Shown here in pieces: positions 19,181 through 31,265 of a stretch of 32,330 bases of DNA (its first letter is position 1; each line of letters opens with the position of its first letter). Location of the stretch: the NCBI GenBank assembly GCA_013416795.1, contig RQSC01001240.1, positions 72,406 through 104,735 of the forward strand. The letters run 5' to 3'. The translations under genes and the position numbers were made by a program. Source of the DNA: Prasinococcaceae sp. CCMP 1430 (lineage: Eukaryota > Plantae > Prasinodermophyta). The notes under the pieces are model-generated. The model saw nothing but the letters and a program-made list of their open reading frames with translations. It was not told the origin of the DNA and made no database searches.

Positions 19181-19815
19181 AATATTCAGGGTCCATATCT
19201 CAGGTCAAACGGCTTCGCGCGCCGCCCGCGTCGGTTTGGGGTCGCGATTAGGGCGCGCCGCGCGCGCGCGCGCGCTCCCGCGCGCCACCGCATCGAAATC
19301 GCCGCCCGACGGATCCGCGGCCGGTGCGCTCTGAGCACCCCGAGCATGCCCAAGCTGCGGAGATGCGCATCGAAATCTCCCAAACCGCAAAAAAAGCCGC
19401 CGAGGCCGAAAAAAAAAAAAAGGTGGCGGGCGCCGGCCCCCGGCACCGGCCGGCACCACAGAAAAAAAAAGCGCGCCGTTCCCCTCGCCGGCGGATGTAC
19501 GCCCGCATAAAATCAGTTCCAGCGCGCGCCGCTCTGCGAGGACGCGGCAGTTTACCCAGGCAACTCATCCTGTGCAGTGTACCCTTCACCCTCTAGCCAG
19601 TGCCATCATGGTATGTGGTACGCCGAAGTAGTAGTACCTGGTAGCTAGTACTGTACGTAGCAGAAAATAAAATAAAATCGGAAATATTTTTTTTACATTC
19701 GAGGGAGATCTCCATCCACTTGGCGCGCGCGCGGATCGCGATTGCGCACGCTCGCGCGGCGCGCGGCGCACGGCGCCGGCCATCAACTCCCATCGCCGAG
19801 CGCCAACCACGTCAC

Positions 19816-19822
19816 TTTATAA
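19816..19822 (+). promoter_or_regulatory. TATA-like element upstream of VPS13
   Basis: TTTATAA about 255 bp upstream of the ATG at 20078, ahead of a GC-rich leader. Confidence 0.3.
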
Positions 19823-20077
19823 CTCGCGGGCTCTATCGAAAGTTGCAATCGTGGAAGCGCTCGGGAGAGTGAAGTGACGAAGGGTTGTGGGGAGGTCAGA
19901 ACGAAGGCGTCGGCGCGCGGCGGCCTGCTGCGGATCGGGCGGGATTGCGCCGTCGTCGTCGCGCCTGCGCAGCGGCGTCCTTCTCAGCCCATGCGCGGAC
20001 GAATTGCTCGCGCGTCGGGCCATTCCACGAGCGGCCGCGGCAGCGCGGCCGCGCGTCGGCGCGGTGGCTGCGCCGCG

Positions 20078-23000
20078 ATGTTCTCGCGGCTGCTCGCAGA
20101 CGTCGTGGCGGGGCTGCTGGGCTCGTTCGTGGAGGGCGTGGCGGCATCGCAGGTGGCGGCGTCGCTACTGCGCGGATCGTTCACGCTGCGGGACCTCGTT
20201 CTGAGGCGCGACGCGCTCGAGGCGCTCGGCGGCGCCGCACAGCCGCTTGCGCTCCGCGCCGGCGTGGTGCGCTGGTTGTCCATCAGCGTGCGCTGGCGCT
20301 CGCTCGCACTGCTCGTCAGTGTGAGCGGCGTCGAGCTCGAGCTGGCGCCGCGCGATGAGCGCAGCTACAGTGCCGAGGCCACCGCGCGCGCGCACGCGAC
20401 GTGGCGAGAGAGGCGCCTCCGCGCGGATGAGGCAGCTCATGTCGCACGACACGCAGGCGCCGGAGCCGGTGCCGGCACTAGTGGCAGCACTGGCCCCGGG
20501 CGCGGAGTGGACGGCGGCGGCGGCATGGCGCTGCTGCGCTCGCCTGCGGCCACCAAGCTGCTGGCGAGGCTCGCCCGGCGCATCAAAGTCCAGCTGAGCG
20601 TGGAGCGCGTGAGCATACGTCACTCGGCGTGCGCGGTGGCCCGCGTGAGCGACGGGGGGCTCAGGAGAGAGCACGCGCTCGCGTTGTGGCTGGAGGCGCT
20701 CAGCGTGACGTCGATGGGGGGCACAGAGGCCACAGACGCCCTCGGCCCCGCCGCGGTGGGCCAGACCGCCCTGGTAGCCATGCGTCTTGAGCTGCAAGGG
20801 TTAGCGCTGAGCTGGGAGGAGCAGCACTACGCGCGTGCGCGCGCGCGAGAGGGCGAGGCGAGAACGACCGCTGATGCCTGCGCAGGCGTGGGCGAGCGCG
20901 TCGGTTCGAGGCACGAGGCACGACTGCTCGAGTGCAGCGCGCTGGCGCACATTGGGTGGGTTCCTGCAGAAGAGAGCCGCGGGGACGTCGACGTCAGCAC
21001 GCAGCGCGTCCTTGCGCGCATGCGTGTTGGCCAAGTGCGCTCGCGTGCGGACGCGCGCGCACTGGCGGACGCCGTGGCGCTGTCGGACGCGCTCGCGCTG
21101 GCGACCACACGTGCGCGCGTGTGGCAGTACCGCCCGCACTGCCTCGAGGGAGGACCGACCGTGGCCCCGCCGCGCGTCGAGGTGCAGCCCGGTGGCACCA
21201 GCAGCGACGTTGCTGACCGCCGCAGCAGCGCGTGGGTGCCTCAGTGGTGGCGATACGCCGCGCGCGCGGTGCTGGCGGTGCGCCACGAGTGCGGCGCGGT
21301 CGGCGTGGAGACGTTGCGCTGGTACGCGCGCGAGGGCATTGCACTGCGGCGACGCTACAGCGAGTTGTACGCGCGCCGCTTTGAGCGCCTGTTGCGTGCG
21401 CCGCTGGCGCCCAGCGCTTTCCTGGATGAGCAATGCGCAGCGCTCGAAGAAGACATGCCCACACACGACGTTCTCGCGTGTAGGGTGGAGGCCGTGTCCA
21501 AGGCTGTGGAGCGGATGGGAAGCGTCACTGATGGGGGAACGGGTGGGAACGCGGGGTCCAACATGCAAGGGAGCAGTATTGGCAGCGGTAGTGGCGACAG
21601 TGGGCGCAGTCGCAGCGGTAGCAACAGCGACAGCGGCGCAGTGTCAGGGAATATCACCCCCATCCCTGTCTCTTCGAGTGCTACGTTTGCGATAGGCGGA
21701 GGCCACGCGCACGATCAGCTCGGAGCTGGAGAGCCGACCGATGGTGGCAGTGGGACACGCGACGGCAATGCGGAGCGGGCGGTGGCGTCATCGGGCCTGC
21801 TCGCAGGCCTGTACTCGATGTCCGCCACAGCGGTGTACAGTGTGCTCGGCTTTTCGCGCACACACAGTGAGACGCTGGACGGCGAAGTTGCGCGAGAGTT
21901 GTCGGCAGCAGGAGGAGGCGCCGTTGCCGCCGCAGCGCCTCATAGCGACGGTGAAGACGATGTGGCCATGCAGCAGCTCATGCGCAGTCTACAAGGGCTC
22001 GAAGCTGAGGCTGAAAGAGTGGTACAGGCAGGTGGCGTCCAAGGAGATGGGGAGCTTCTGGGAGACTCTACCTCTGCGTCGCCGTCCCTAGCGTCCGCTT
22101 CTCCGCTCGGCAACGTGCACCTTACGCTTGAAGCACAGATTGACGGCCTTGATGTGGCACTGCAAGCGGACAGCGGAGTTGGGGACGCCCTTTGGCTGCG
22201 CACTAGTGCCGTGGAGTGCGACACGCAGGTGAACGAGGGCGGTGTACTGTCAGCAGCGGTGCGATGCAGCCGTGCGAGCATTTCGACGAGCGATGGGACT
22301 GGCGCCAACTCGGGAGCGGAGATTCTCACACTTGGAGGAAGTGCTTGTGAGGGCGATCAATGCAAACAGACCGCTGCCAAAGATGCGTTGTGGCTGAATG
22401 TTTCGCATCAGCTCGTCGCGACTGGTAGCGGTGGGAGAGACCGCGTCGAGTGCTTGCTGGATCGCGTGCGATACGGACACGACGTACACGTTGCGGCGCT
22501 CATCGCGCGCCTCGTCGCCGCAGTGCCACCGCCGCACGCGGCGCGCGTTGCTGCTGCCGTGGCGTCCCTGTCCGAGCGGGGCCAAGCTGTCGCCATGCTT
22601 GATCAAATTGCACCAAAAGGAGATTCGAGGCGGGAAGCGCACGACGTGTGCGAGCTCGCCCGCCAGCCCACAACGATAGTCGTGCGAGTCAGTGACATGC
22701 AGGCATGTGTCGGGGAGCGCGTACGCCTGGAATGCGCAGCACTCGAGGGGCGCGTGACTCCTGCAGCCGTGTGCGAGGCGGATCTGATTGGCGCAGTCTT
22801 CGGCCGTGGACAAGGCACGGATGCCGACGCATGGCCCCAGCGTGCCACGCAATTCGTGCGCGTGAAGACAGACGCGCGCATAGTGGCAGCAGGGACGGAG
22901 GTCATTCACATTGATGAAGCATGCATTGAGGCACGGCAGACCCCGCTGCCATTGGCAGACCAGCCGCGCGTGGCTATTGATTTGACTTTCTCCCCTGTTG

Positions 23001-26000
23001 TGATCGAGGCGCGCTCGCACGCCATCAGCGCCATCGGCATGGCGCTCGACGAGATGCAAGCGGGGTCATCGACCGAGCCAGCCGCTGGTGAGAGTGTGCC
23101 CGTGCAGTCGGACGCCAAGGCGAATACGCTGGCACTGGCGCTGTCCACGCCGCTGCTTGCACTTTCGGTGCCTCTGAATGGAGCAGAGCGCTGCGTGGCC
23201 GCTGTGCTGGGTGACGTGCACGTTTCCTTCCGAGCTGAATCGAATGGCAAGAGGACTGCAGCTGCGCGCAGTGGGCGCGTGGGAATGCTCATCGCCGCTC
23301 CTGCCCAGGTAGCCAGCGTCCCCGACCGCGCAGAACCACTCGACATTGAGTTGTCTGGCGGCGAGGTCGCCTCTTGCAGTGGTTCTGATGCGGTTGAGAT
23401 CGCGCTCGATTCTCATGTGCCGTCGAATGTATACGAGCTGCGCGTGCGCGCTCGCGGTGTCCGTGGTCGCATTGACAGTCGCGTGAAGGATGCGCTCGTC
23501 GAAGCAACACAAGTGTGCTCTGTACTCGCAGATGCCTCCGAGAACTCCACAGCTTTGGGTAAACGCCAAGCGGAGGACGAACGTTTGAGCAGCGACGGGA
23601 CATGCGAGAGCACCAAGTGCGGCGCGGCGGACACTATCAACACATCTGTCGATAGGTCGGCGCAACAGGCTGGGCCCGTTGCGCTGGCATGGGTCGATAT
23701 TGGCACGACAAATGTTGGCCTGAGCGACGACAGAGGAGACTTTGCATTCGCACAGTTCGAGCACTGCGGCGCGCAGGTGACTCTGGACCGAGACGGCAAC
23801 GGACCGCGTGCCAAAGTGATGCTGAACGGGATGCGCGTGCTGTGTGACATCGTGCCGCATGAGGCAATCCTCGGCCACAGCGACCTAGAAGGGGCGTCGC
23901 AGTCAACGATCGAGATTCTGTTCGAGGGAGCATCCAACCCTTTGCGCGTTTTGCTCTGCGACCACTCGATCGCGGTCACGTGGCCGTTTAATGACAGGCT
24001 GGCAGCGTTCCTGCAGCCACCGCAAGACGTGGGCGCGTGCTCGGTCGATGCGGCGGGACGTGACGAGGTAGTTGGCCATGGAACGCCACAAGGCTTCCTC
24101 TCGGACGATGCGGCACCGCCTGCGCTCTCTGAAGGGGAGGTGGCTGGCGAGTCCACCTTCCCAGTACCGCTTGCCATCGAGCTGCAACGTTGCGTTGTGC
24201 GCTACCCGCACAGGCCCGGCAGCGGCTCGCTGATTGCAATGAAGATTTTCATGCCCAGGCTGACCATGTCTCTCCCTGAGTATCCCGAAGTTACGCCGAG
24301 CATGCGCCCAGCTTTCGCTGAAGCGTGCGCAATCGACAACATCAGGTTCAACTTTTTTGGGCTGGACGTGTCAATGGAGATGCCGACTGGCGAGACACCA
24401 AGCAAGACGCACGACGTGCCAATAGTGTGTGGACTGCGCGGCGTCCTCGAGTTCGCCATGTACGTGGCCGATGGTACGAGCGTGTATGAGGTCTACACAT
24501 GGGACCTGGAGCGGTTGCGTGTGTGCGTGAGCGAATTATGCCCCCTCGCAGGCGCGATATGGAAACATAGGGAGGGCACACCGAACAAGCCAGGGCCACC
24601 GACTAGCAGCGTGTACCAGCTTGCAGGAGTAGACGCGACAGTTGGTTTCAGCTCGGAGCTCTCACGCGCGCGCGCAAACTCTGCAAGTGCTGGTTGTGTG
24701 GCAGTTAGCCTCGAGCGCGGCGCAATCGAGACGTACACGAATGCGGACGGGGACACTGACGCGGACGTATTCGTTGAAGAGTTGCGAGTGGCGCACCTTG
24801 CTGCGGGTGCGTGTGCTTCGAGCGAATGGGATGAATTCGAGGAGTGCGCGCTGTTGGCTCTGCAAATGGCGCGTGGGGGCGATGCCGGCATCCATGTACG
24901 CACAATATCGCGTGGAGGGTGCACCCACGCGCACGTGTCGCTCACGGACATTGAGCTGTGTGCCGTGCCGGGGCGCGTTGCAGAGTGCTCGGTGGCAGGA
25001 GCTGCGATGGATCACGGACAAGTATATGCGGCTGAACTGTATGACGAGGAGCCGCTTCCGGAGCACGATGTTTCAGACGCAGAGCCTGGCGCGTCGGCGT
25101 CTGCCGTTGCTTGTGAGGTCTGCATCGGTGGCTTGAAAGTACGCGTGCCACTACCACACCGGCAGGCTGGAGCAGACAGCGACATATTGCTTCTGGGGCG
25201 ACTTTCCGGCGCTGCGGATCAGGCATCACCGTTGCCGCTACCGTTCTTCTCTCCGGACTTGAGCGCAGTGCTCGCCAGCTTCTCGGGCATCACGGTGGCC
25301 GCGCGGCACGATGCGCGTGCAGGGGCCAACGTGCGTGTGGCTGTCACCGAATCCCTCTTGGGCATCTCGCGGGAAGTCGTCGCTGCTCTGCGCGCGCTAG
25401 AGACGCAGGTACAGGCCGTGAGTGCAGATGACACCATTGTGAATGCGATTGGCGACCGTGATGAGAGCGGCACCTCTGCAGGTCCGAGCTGCGCAGAGGC
25501 ATCCCCGCTGCATCTGTCGGTTCCGAAGCTCGACGTGTCTGTGCGTCTTCTGCGGGTTGCTGCAACGCTTGTTGAAGACGGCTCGCCGCTTATGCGCCTA
25601 TCACTTGCGAATCTCGACGCGAGCCTGTCTGCGAGCGAAGGCATGCGAAGCGCATCCATGGATGCGTCCGCTTTGGTCGCGCTGGATTTGCGCAGTGCCG
25701 ACCTCGGCATGTGGGAGCCTGCTGTTGAGTCCTTCGATTTGCGCGCGAGTGTGAGGCGGCATCAATGGCACGCACGTCGCGAACTTGACGTGGTGCGTGT
25801 GAGCATCGCAGAGGAGCGCGCACTCAACATCAATATGTCACAATCGATAGCCGAGGGCGCGGCGCATGCGCACCTTGCGCTCACGTCGCACGAGCGCCCT
25901 GGCTGGCTGAGTGGCAAGGCGATCCGCAACGAAACGGGAGTGCAGCTTGAGTATTGGCACGTGCGCGCACACACAGACGTCCCGCTCGAGCGCATATGCA

Positions 26001-29000
26001 ATGCTCGCGTCCCGGATGGCATTTTGCGTGCGGACGAAGCCACGGGCGATATGCGGGCGGACGAGCGCGTGCGCACACACATTGTTGTGAGGGTGGCTGG
26101 TAGCAGCACATGCTCACCCTGCCTCGCATGGAAGCGCACAACTCGTGCGAGCTTCGAGGCAGCATTCGATGTTGAGAGAGAAGGGTCTTTCAGTCGCACC
26201 ATCACGTGCTTGGTGGACGCAGCACAGCAGGGCCGATGCCTCCGCGTGCTCGCACCCGTTGGCGTGTGCAACTCGCTCGACCTACCGATGGAAGTGTGCT
26301 TCACAGCAAGAGCAGGTCGAAGCGCCGACGAGAGCGCACGTGCTGGCGGCGATTCTGTGCAGCTGATGCCGGGTGAGTACGCGCCAATTCCCGCGGACCT
26401 CTCTGACGATGCGAGTCTGCGCGTGCGGCCCTTCGAGACGCTTGGATGGAGCGGTGAAAGCAAGACTACGCATGAGTGGAGCGAGCCGCTGATGTTTGGA
26501 TCCATGCTTGAGGTTGCGCGCGGTGGCCGCGCCCGCTATGTGCGCTGCGGACCGGCACGGGGCATGCGCGTCGCACCGCCAATCCATTGCAGCGTGCTGT
26601 CCGTGCCAGCCGAGGTGCGCGTTGGTGGTGGCAGTAGTGGCGCTCACTTGCGTCCCGAAGTGTCCTGGTTGTCGCTCAGTCCGACCTTGCAGCTCAGCAA
26701 CGACCTGCCTTGCGATATCGAGATGCTGGTCAAGGGGCCGGGCGTCTCGAGTGCCACGCAAGAGGTTTCAATGGTGGCAGGATCTGTGGACAACATACAC
26801 GGTTTCGATCCCAGGTGAGACGAGCGACGAAACGGGACCGCACAGTGCACAGAGTGCACTCGCCCGGCCGCAAAGATGTTGATACGCTCGTTCTGACGCA
26901 CGCGCGTGCTCTCCCAACGCACTGTCGTAGATATGACATCCAGGTGGCTGTCCAATTGCAGGGGTATGAACAGTCGGCGATGTGCGCTATCAGTCCCGAG
27001 TATGACTTGGGGTTGACGGCGGGCTCACAGGGCCCACGGCAGCGCATCATGCTCACGCTCGTGCCATGCTATCATGATTCTCTGTGTGTGCGACGTCCGG
27101 TGACTGTCGAAGTACTGGCTGAGCGCCTCGCGGGGGGCGCTCGGCGCGTGTCGGTGTCGTGCTCGCTAGTTGTCTTCAATCTGTCGCCATTCGATCTGAA
27201 GCTTGAGCTCGATGCGGGAATGGACGATTCAGTACAAGAGCTCGTTATGGGCGCGATGGGGGCCAGCGCGGCCACCATGGTGGCTGGCGCGCACGCGCAT
27301 TCGAGCGATCGCCCTGAAAGGGCGGAGGTGAGCCCGCGCCTGGCGTCGTGCGCGCCCCCACCAGCGGGCTCGGGGCGTGCGGAGGAGCAAAGTGCAACTC
27401 CCGAGCCGCACAGTATCGACTCCAGTATCGGCGGCATTCCCTTGAGATTGTCGGATGCTTTCGAGGATAGCATCAGCCCGGTCTCGGCGGCGCCGTCGCC
27501 GACGCGTAGGGGGGGCTCTCCCGTGCGAAGGTCCGAGTCGCGCGAACTCAGTGGTACTCCGCGTGCAATTTCCCTGCGCTCGGCAGGCGCCCACGAGCTC
27601 GAGGGTGCGATCTACAGCTCGCCCGACGAGGATGTGTCTGCTCCGCCCGTGCGGCGACTTCGCTGTGCCGTGCACGCGCGTCCTGCCACCGGCGTTGAGT
27701 GGGGCTTCGCGCGCACGGAGATTGACCTTGCACAGGCAGGTGTCACTGAGACTGTCCGCGTGCGAGGGAGGTGGGCCAGCGACAGCGACGAGACTGTCGC
27801 GCGGTCGCTCGAATATGGTCTTGCGTTCGAGCACGTCATTTCTGCGCGCCACCTCCACAAGACGCTAGTGGTGCGCGCGCGCTACGAGTTCGCAAATCTC
27901 ACATCTCGAACGATCGCCTACGCACAGGAGGACGGGCCCGAGCACGTACTCCAGCCTGGCGAAGTGCGCCCAGTGTGCGTCACGCGCGTGCGATCGCGCG
28001 CATTGGCGGCTCTTGGAGTACGCGCACCAGCATGGTTTCGCGTCCGCTTCGATGAACCCGGCTGGGAGGCGAGTGGGGCCTTTCCCTTGGACTTTGCGGG
28101 CACTGCCACGCTGAAGCTGCGCCACTTCGACGTGCAACGAACTGTGCTGTTGAAGCTCGACGCGCGCCCAAGAGACACAGCGGCGGCCTCCACGGCGCTC
28201 GATGCGGGGCTCGGCGGAGAAAGTGACGCGACTGAGTGGGCGCTGGGCGCTGCCACGCGCATATGCCTGAGCGAGCACGACGGGCGCTGGCCATATCGTG
28301 TGATCAACTTGAGCAGCGTGCGCGTGCTTGTTGAGCAGGCGGGCGTAGGCCCTAGCGCACGCCCGGCATTGTTGGCCCCGCACAACGGCTGGTGTGAGTA
28401 TGCGTGGGACGAGCCCTTCGCACGCACGCGTCGGCTGCGAGTGGTGGATGCATGCGAGCGCACCATAGCCGTGTGTGCACTCGAGGTGAGCGACGCGCCT
28501 CCTACCTACCGTGAGAGCGCAGAGGGAGAATGGATCGGCAGGCGTTTCCTCAGCAGCACAGTAGGTTGGCTCGGTGCTTGGACTGGCGTGGCATATGCTC
28601 GCTGCGCGCGTGTGCTGCGGAAGCGGCTCACGCGAGGGGGAGACAGTGCGCGCACGAGGGTGCGCGTGCGCGTGGTGAGCGAGGGCAGCCTTCGCGTCCT
28701 TCAAATTCTGGACGAGCGGCCAGTGGGCAGCAGGCAAGCGTCGGTGCCTATGCGCGCGCGAGCGCTCAGCCTGATGCGCCCAGCGGACGGTCCGCGTCGG
28801 TCTGAGAGCGCAGAAGCGCCGGCGACCGATCTGCACTTGGAGTTGTGCGTTGGCACGGTGGGCCTGTCGCTCATCGATGATGCTGCGCGCGCCGAGATTG
28901 CGTACGCGTGTGTTCACGGGCTACGCCTCGCGCGTGCCGACGAGCCCACTGGCGAGACCGCGTACGAGCTGATTTGCGAAGAACTGCGCGTGGACAATCA

Positions 29001-31071
29001 AAACGGCATTGGAGCCAGCGGCGCTGGTGAGGGCTTCGTGGCCGTGCTATGGAACGGCGGGTTGCGCAGGCGCGGTGGCGGCATTGTTGCCCTGCCTGGG
29101 GCAGCGTTGCTCCCGCCTGCACTGCGCCTGCGCGTGCGCCAGGCTCAAGGGCGCGGGAACGAGCGTGCGAGCGCAGTCCATCTTCGCGCGATCTTGGTAG
29201 ATGTGGCGCCTCTGCATGTGCAGTTGGAGGACACGTTCGCGCGATCGTTGCTTGAGCTGGGCGAGGGCCTTGCCGACGCTGCGCAGCTGGGTCGCGGAGG
29301 TTATTTGGCTGCAGGCAATCCACGCGCTGGCGCGGCTGCGGCCGCGGGTGTGCCGGCATTGGGGTCACTGCCCACTTCCCCGGTTGGAAAGGCTCGCCGC
29401 ATGCACTTACGACGCGCGCACAGCGGGGGGGGCGGGCAGGCGCACGCGGATGTGCTTGGCGGTCTCCGCCGCGATACCTTAGGCTCGAGCTCGAGCCTGA
29501 GCAGCGAAGGCGCTCGCGCCCCTCTGGAGAGCACGACGGACCGGGCGGCCACCTCGCTGTCCCTGCACGTTGATCGCGTGCGGGTGTCGGCCCTTTCGAT
29601 ATTTCTTTCGTACAGCAGTTCGGCGCTGCCGACCGCACTGGTCACGCACGGCGCGCTTGGGGGCGTCGGACCGAGCAGCGACGTCGCACGGCTCGCGATG
29701 CGCGCCGCGTACCGCATGCTCTCGTGCGACAATCTGCCGCTCTCCTTCCGCGCGATGGAGCTTGAACACCGCAGCGTGGTCGGCGCGTCCGCGGCAGAGT
29801 GTGTGGGAGAGCTGCTACGCGGGGCGCTGCCGCGTTACCGCTGGCAGGCAATCGGCATGATCTTCCGTGTGCTGCTCTCTGCAGATCTCTTCGCCAATTC
29901 GACGGGCGTCCTCATGGCGATTGCGGAGGGCGTCAGCAGCTTCGTGCGCCACCCATTGCGCGGGCTCGCGCGGCTCAACGCCGATGAGGCGCTCGAGGGC
30001 ATGGCGCAGGGCTGCACGGCGCTCGCGGCGGGTGCGGGCGTGGCGGCACTCACTGGTTTGGCACGCATGAGCGCGTTCGGTCACCGGCTCTGCGTGGCAG
30101 TGCTGGAGCTCAATCAGCAATACCTCGCCGAGGAGGGCGGTGGTGGGCGCGTCTCGCGCGCGAGCTCGCGGCGCGGGCGGGCGCGTGAGGGCAGCGTATT
30201 GGCCAGTGCAGGTAGGGGGCTCACGGCACTCCTGTCGTCCTTCGTCCAGGGCGTGGAGAGCGGGGACCCAATGCGACTGCTGCGAGGCACTCTGCTCGGC
30301 GTCCTGGGCGCAGTGGCCCGCCCCGGAGCGGCAGCGTTCCACACCATCTTCCGCGCGGCGCAGAGCGGACGCGGCGCCATCCGCGGATTGCCGCCACCGC
30401 GCGTGCGGCCGCCGCGCTACCTAAACCCCGTCGGTGCGCTGGCCGAGTACGACGCAGGCGCGTCCGAGGCGCACATGTTGCTGGGGCTCGCGCTCGAGGG
30501 TGAACACCCACTCGAGCTTCGCGCCAGCTCGGGTGCTGCCCCGGGGGCGGCCGACGAAGGCGGTGCCCTCGTGGCGACCGCCGCGGTGGTGCGGCGCTCG
30601 GGCCTTCCGCAGGCAGTGCCGACGCCGGCAGCCGCGGTCGCCGGCGACGTCGGTAGCGCCGAGCGGCGCGTTGGCGTTGCGTGCCACGCTGTGGTGCGCG
30701 ACGGCATCGCCGCATGCCTCGCGCGCGAGGATGTGGCCGTGGAAGAGCGCGCCATGGTGTTGTGGTGCGCGCAGGCCGGCGAGGTGTTGTGGCAGCGCCT
30801 CGACGAGAGCGGGCGCGTGCTCGAGGTCGTTTCGCTGGCGCCGCCGCTGCCAAGCGCGTGCGGCATCGGCAGGTTGCGCGCTCTGAGCCACAGCGTGGCC
30901 GCGCAGGGCGGGCTGCCTTTGGTGACGTGCCAGCTGGAGTTCGGTGACGCCTGCGAGGCCGCCCGTTTCTCGCGCGTGTTGGCCGCCGCGACTTCGGGAC
31001 GGCGGGCGCCCAGGCCCGTCGTGTGGTCCGCGGGGTTCGCGCGGCCGCGCGGCCGGGGCATGCGCGCGTGA
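20078..31071 (+). CDS. VPS13: VPS13-family bridge-like lipid transfer protein; join(20078..26814,26931..31071), ~3625 aa
   Basis: Chorein-N-like start MFSRLLADVVAGLLGSFVEG...SLLRGSFTLRDLVLRRDAL and WWRYA motif. VAB/SHR-BD-like segments MWEPAVESF, IRNETG, YEFANLT, PYRVINLS and YAWDEP. C-terminal GVSSFVRHPLRG and GVLGAVARPG helices. Splicing gives HGFDPR|YDIQVAVQLQGY. Confidence 0.9.
26815..26930 (+). other. Spliceosomal intron of VPS13 (116 bp, phase 2)
   Basis: Donor GTGAGA at 26815, CTGAC at 26893-26897, acceptor CGTAG ending 26930. The nearby AGs at 26943 and 26961 give the wrong frame. Confidence 0.85.
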
Positions 31072-31179
31072 TCGCGCTCGATGGCGCGATCGCCCGGATG
31101 GGGTAGAGATCGAGGGGAGGGGGGGGCGATGGATGGGTGGTTTGGAGAGGGGCGCAGGTGGCGGGGTGTTGTATTTTCA

Positions 31180-31184
31180 TGTAA
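31180..31184 (+). terminator. TGTAA polyadenylation-type signal of VPS13
   Basis: TGTAA in an AT-rich patch about 110 nt after the TGA at 31069-31071. Confidence 0.6.
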
Positions 31185-31265
31185 ACAAGTTTAACGTATA
31201 GCAGGCGCCCCCTCTTGAGAGGGGCGGCGAGTGCGCGGTGCGATGATGCCTCCCTGCCGCACTCT

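Noticed and set aside
19508-19575. Minus-strand box C/D snoRNA-like pattern (AGGATGA...CTGA)
   Set aside because: The C box is non-consensus, the terminal stem is weak and no target is recognisable. It cannot be supported without an Rfam/snoscan run.
19324-19596. 90-aa Lys-rich ORF
   Set aside because: It starts at GTG, its lysines come from poly-A runs, and it has no family motif or typical codon usage.
18660-19660. MITE with terminal inverted repeats
   Set aside because: The shared short motifs at the two ends are not collinear, and no target-site duplication was found.
26710-26930. Apparent frameshift or overlap between the two giant VPS13 ORFs
   Set aside because: Explained by the GT-AG intron 26815..26930; no programmed frameshift is needed.
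2560-26930. Introns as Introner-like repeated elements
   Set aside because: The four introns share only splice signals, not internal sequence, and show no consistent terminal repeats or target-site duplications.
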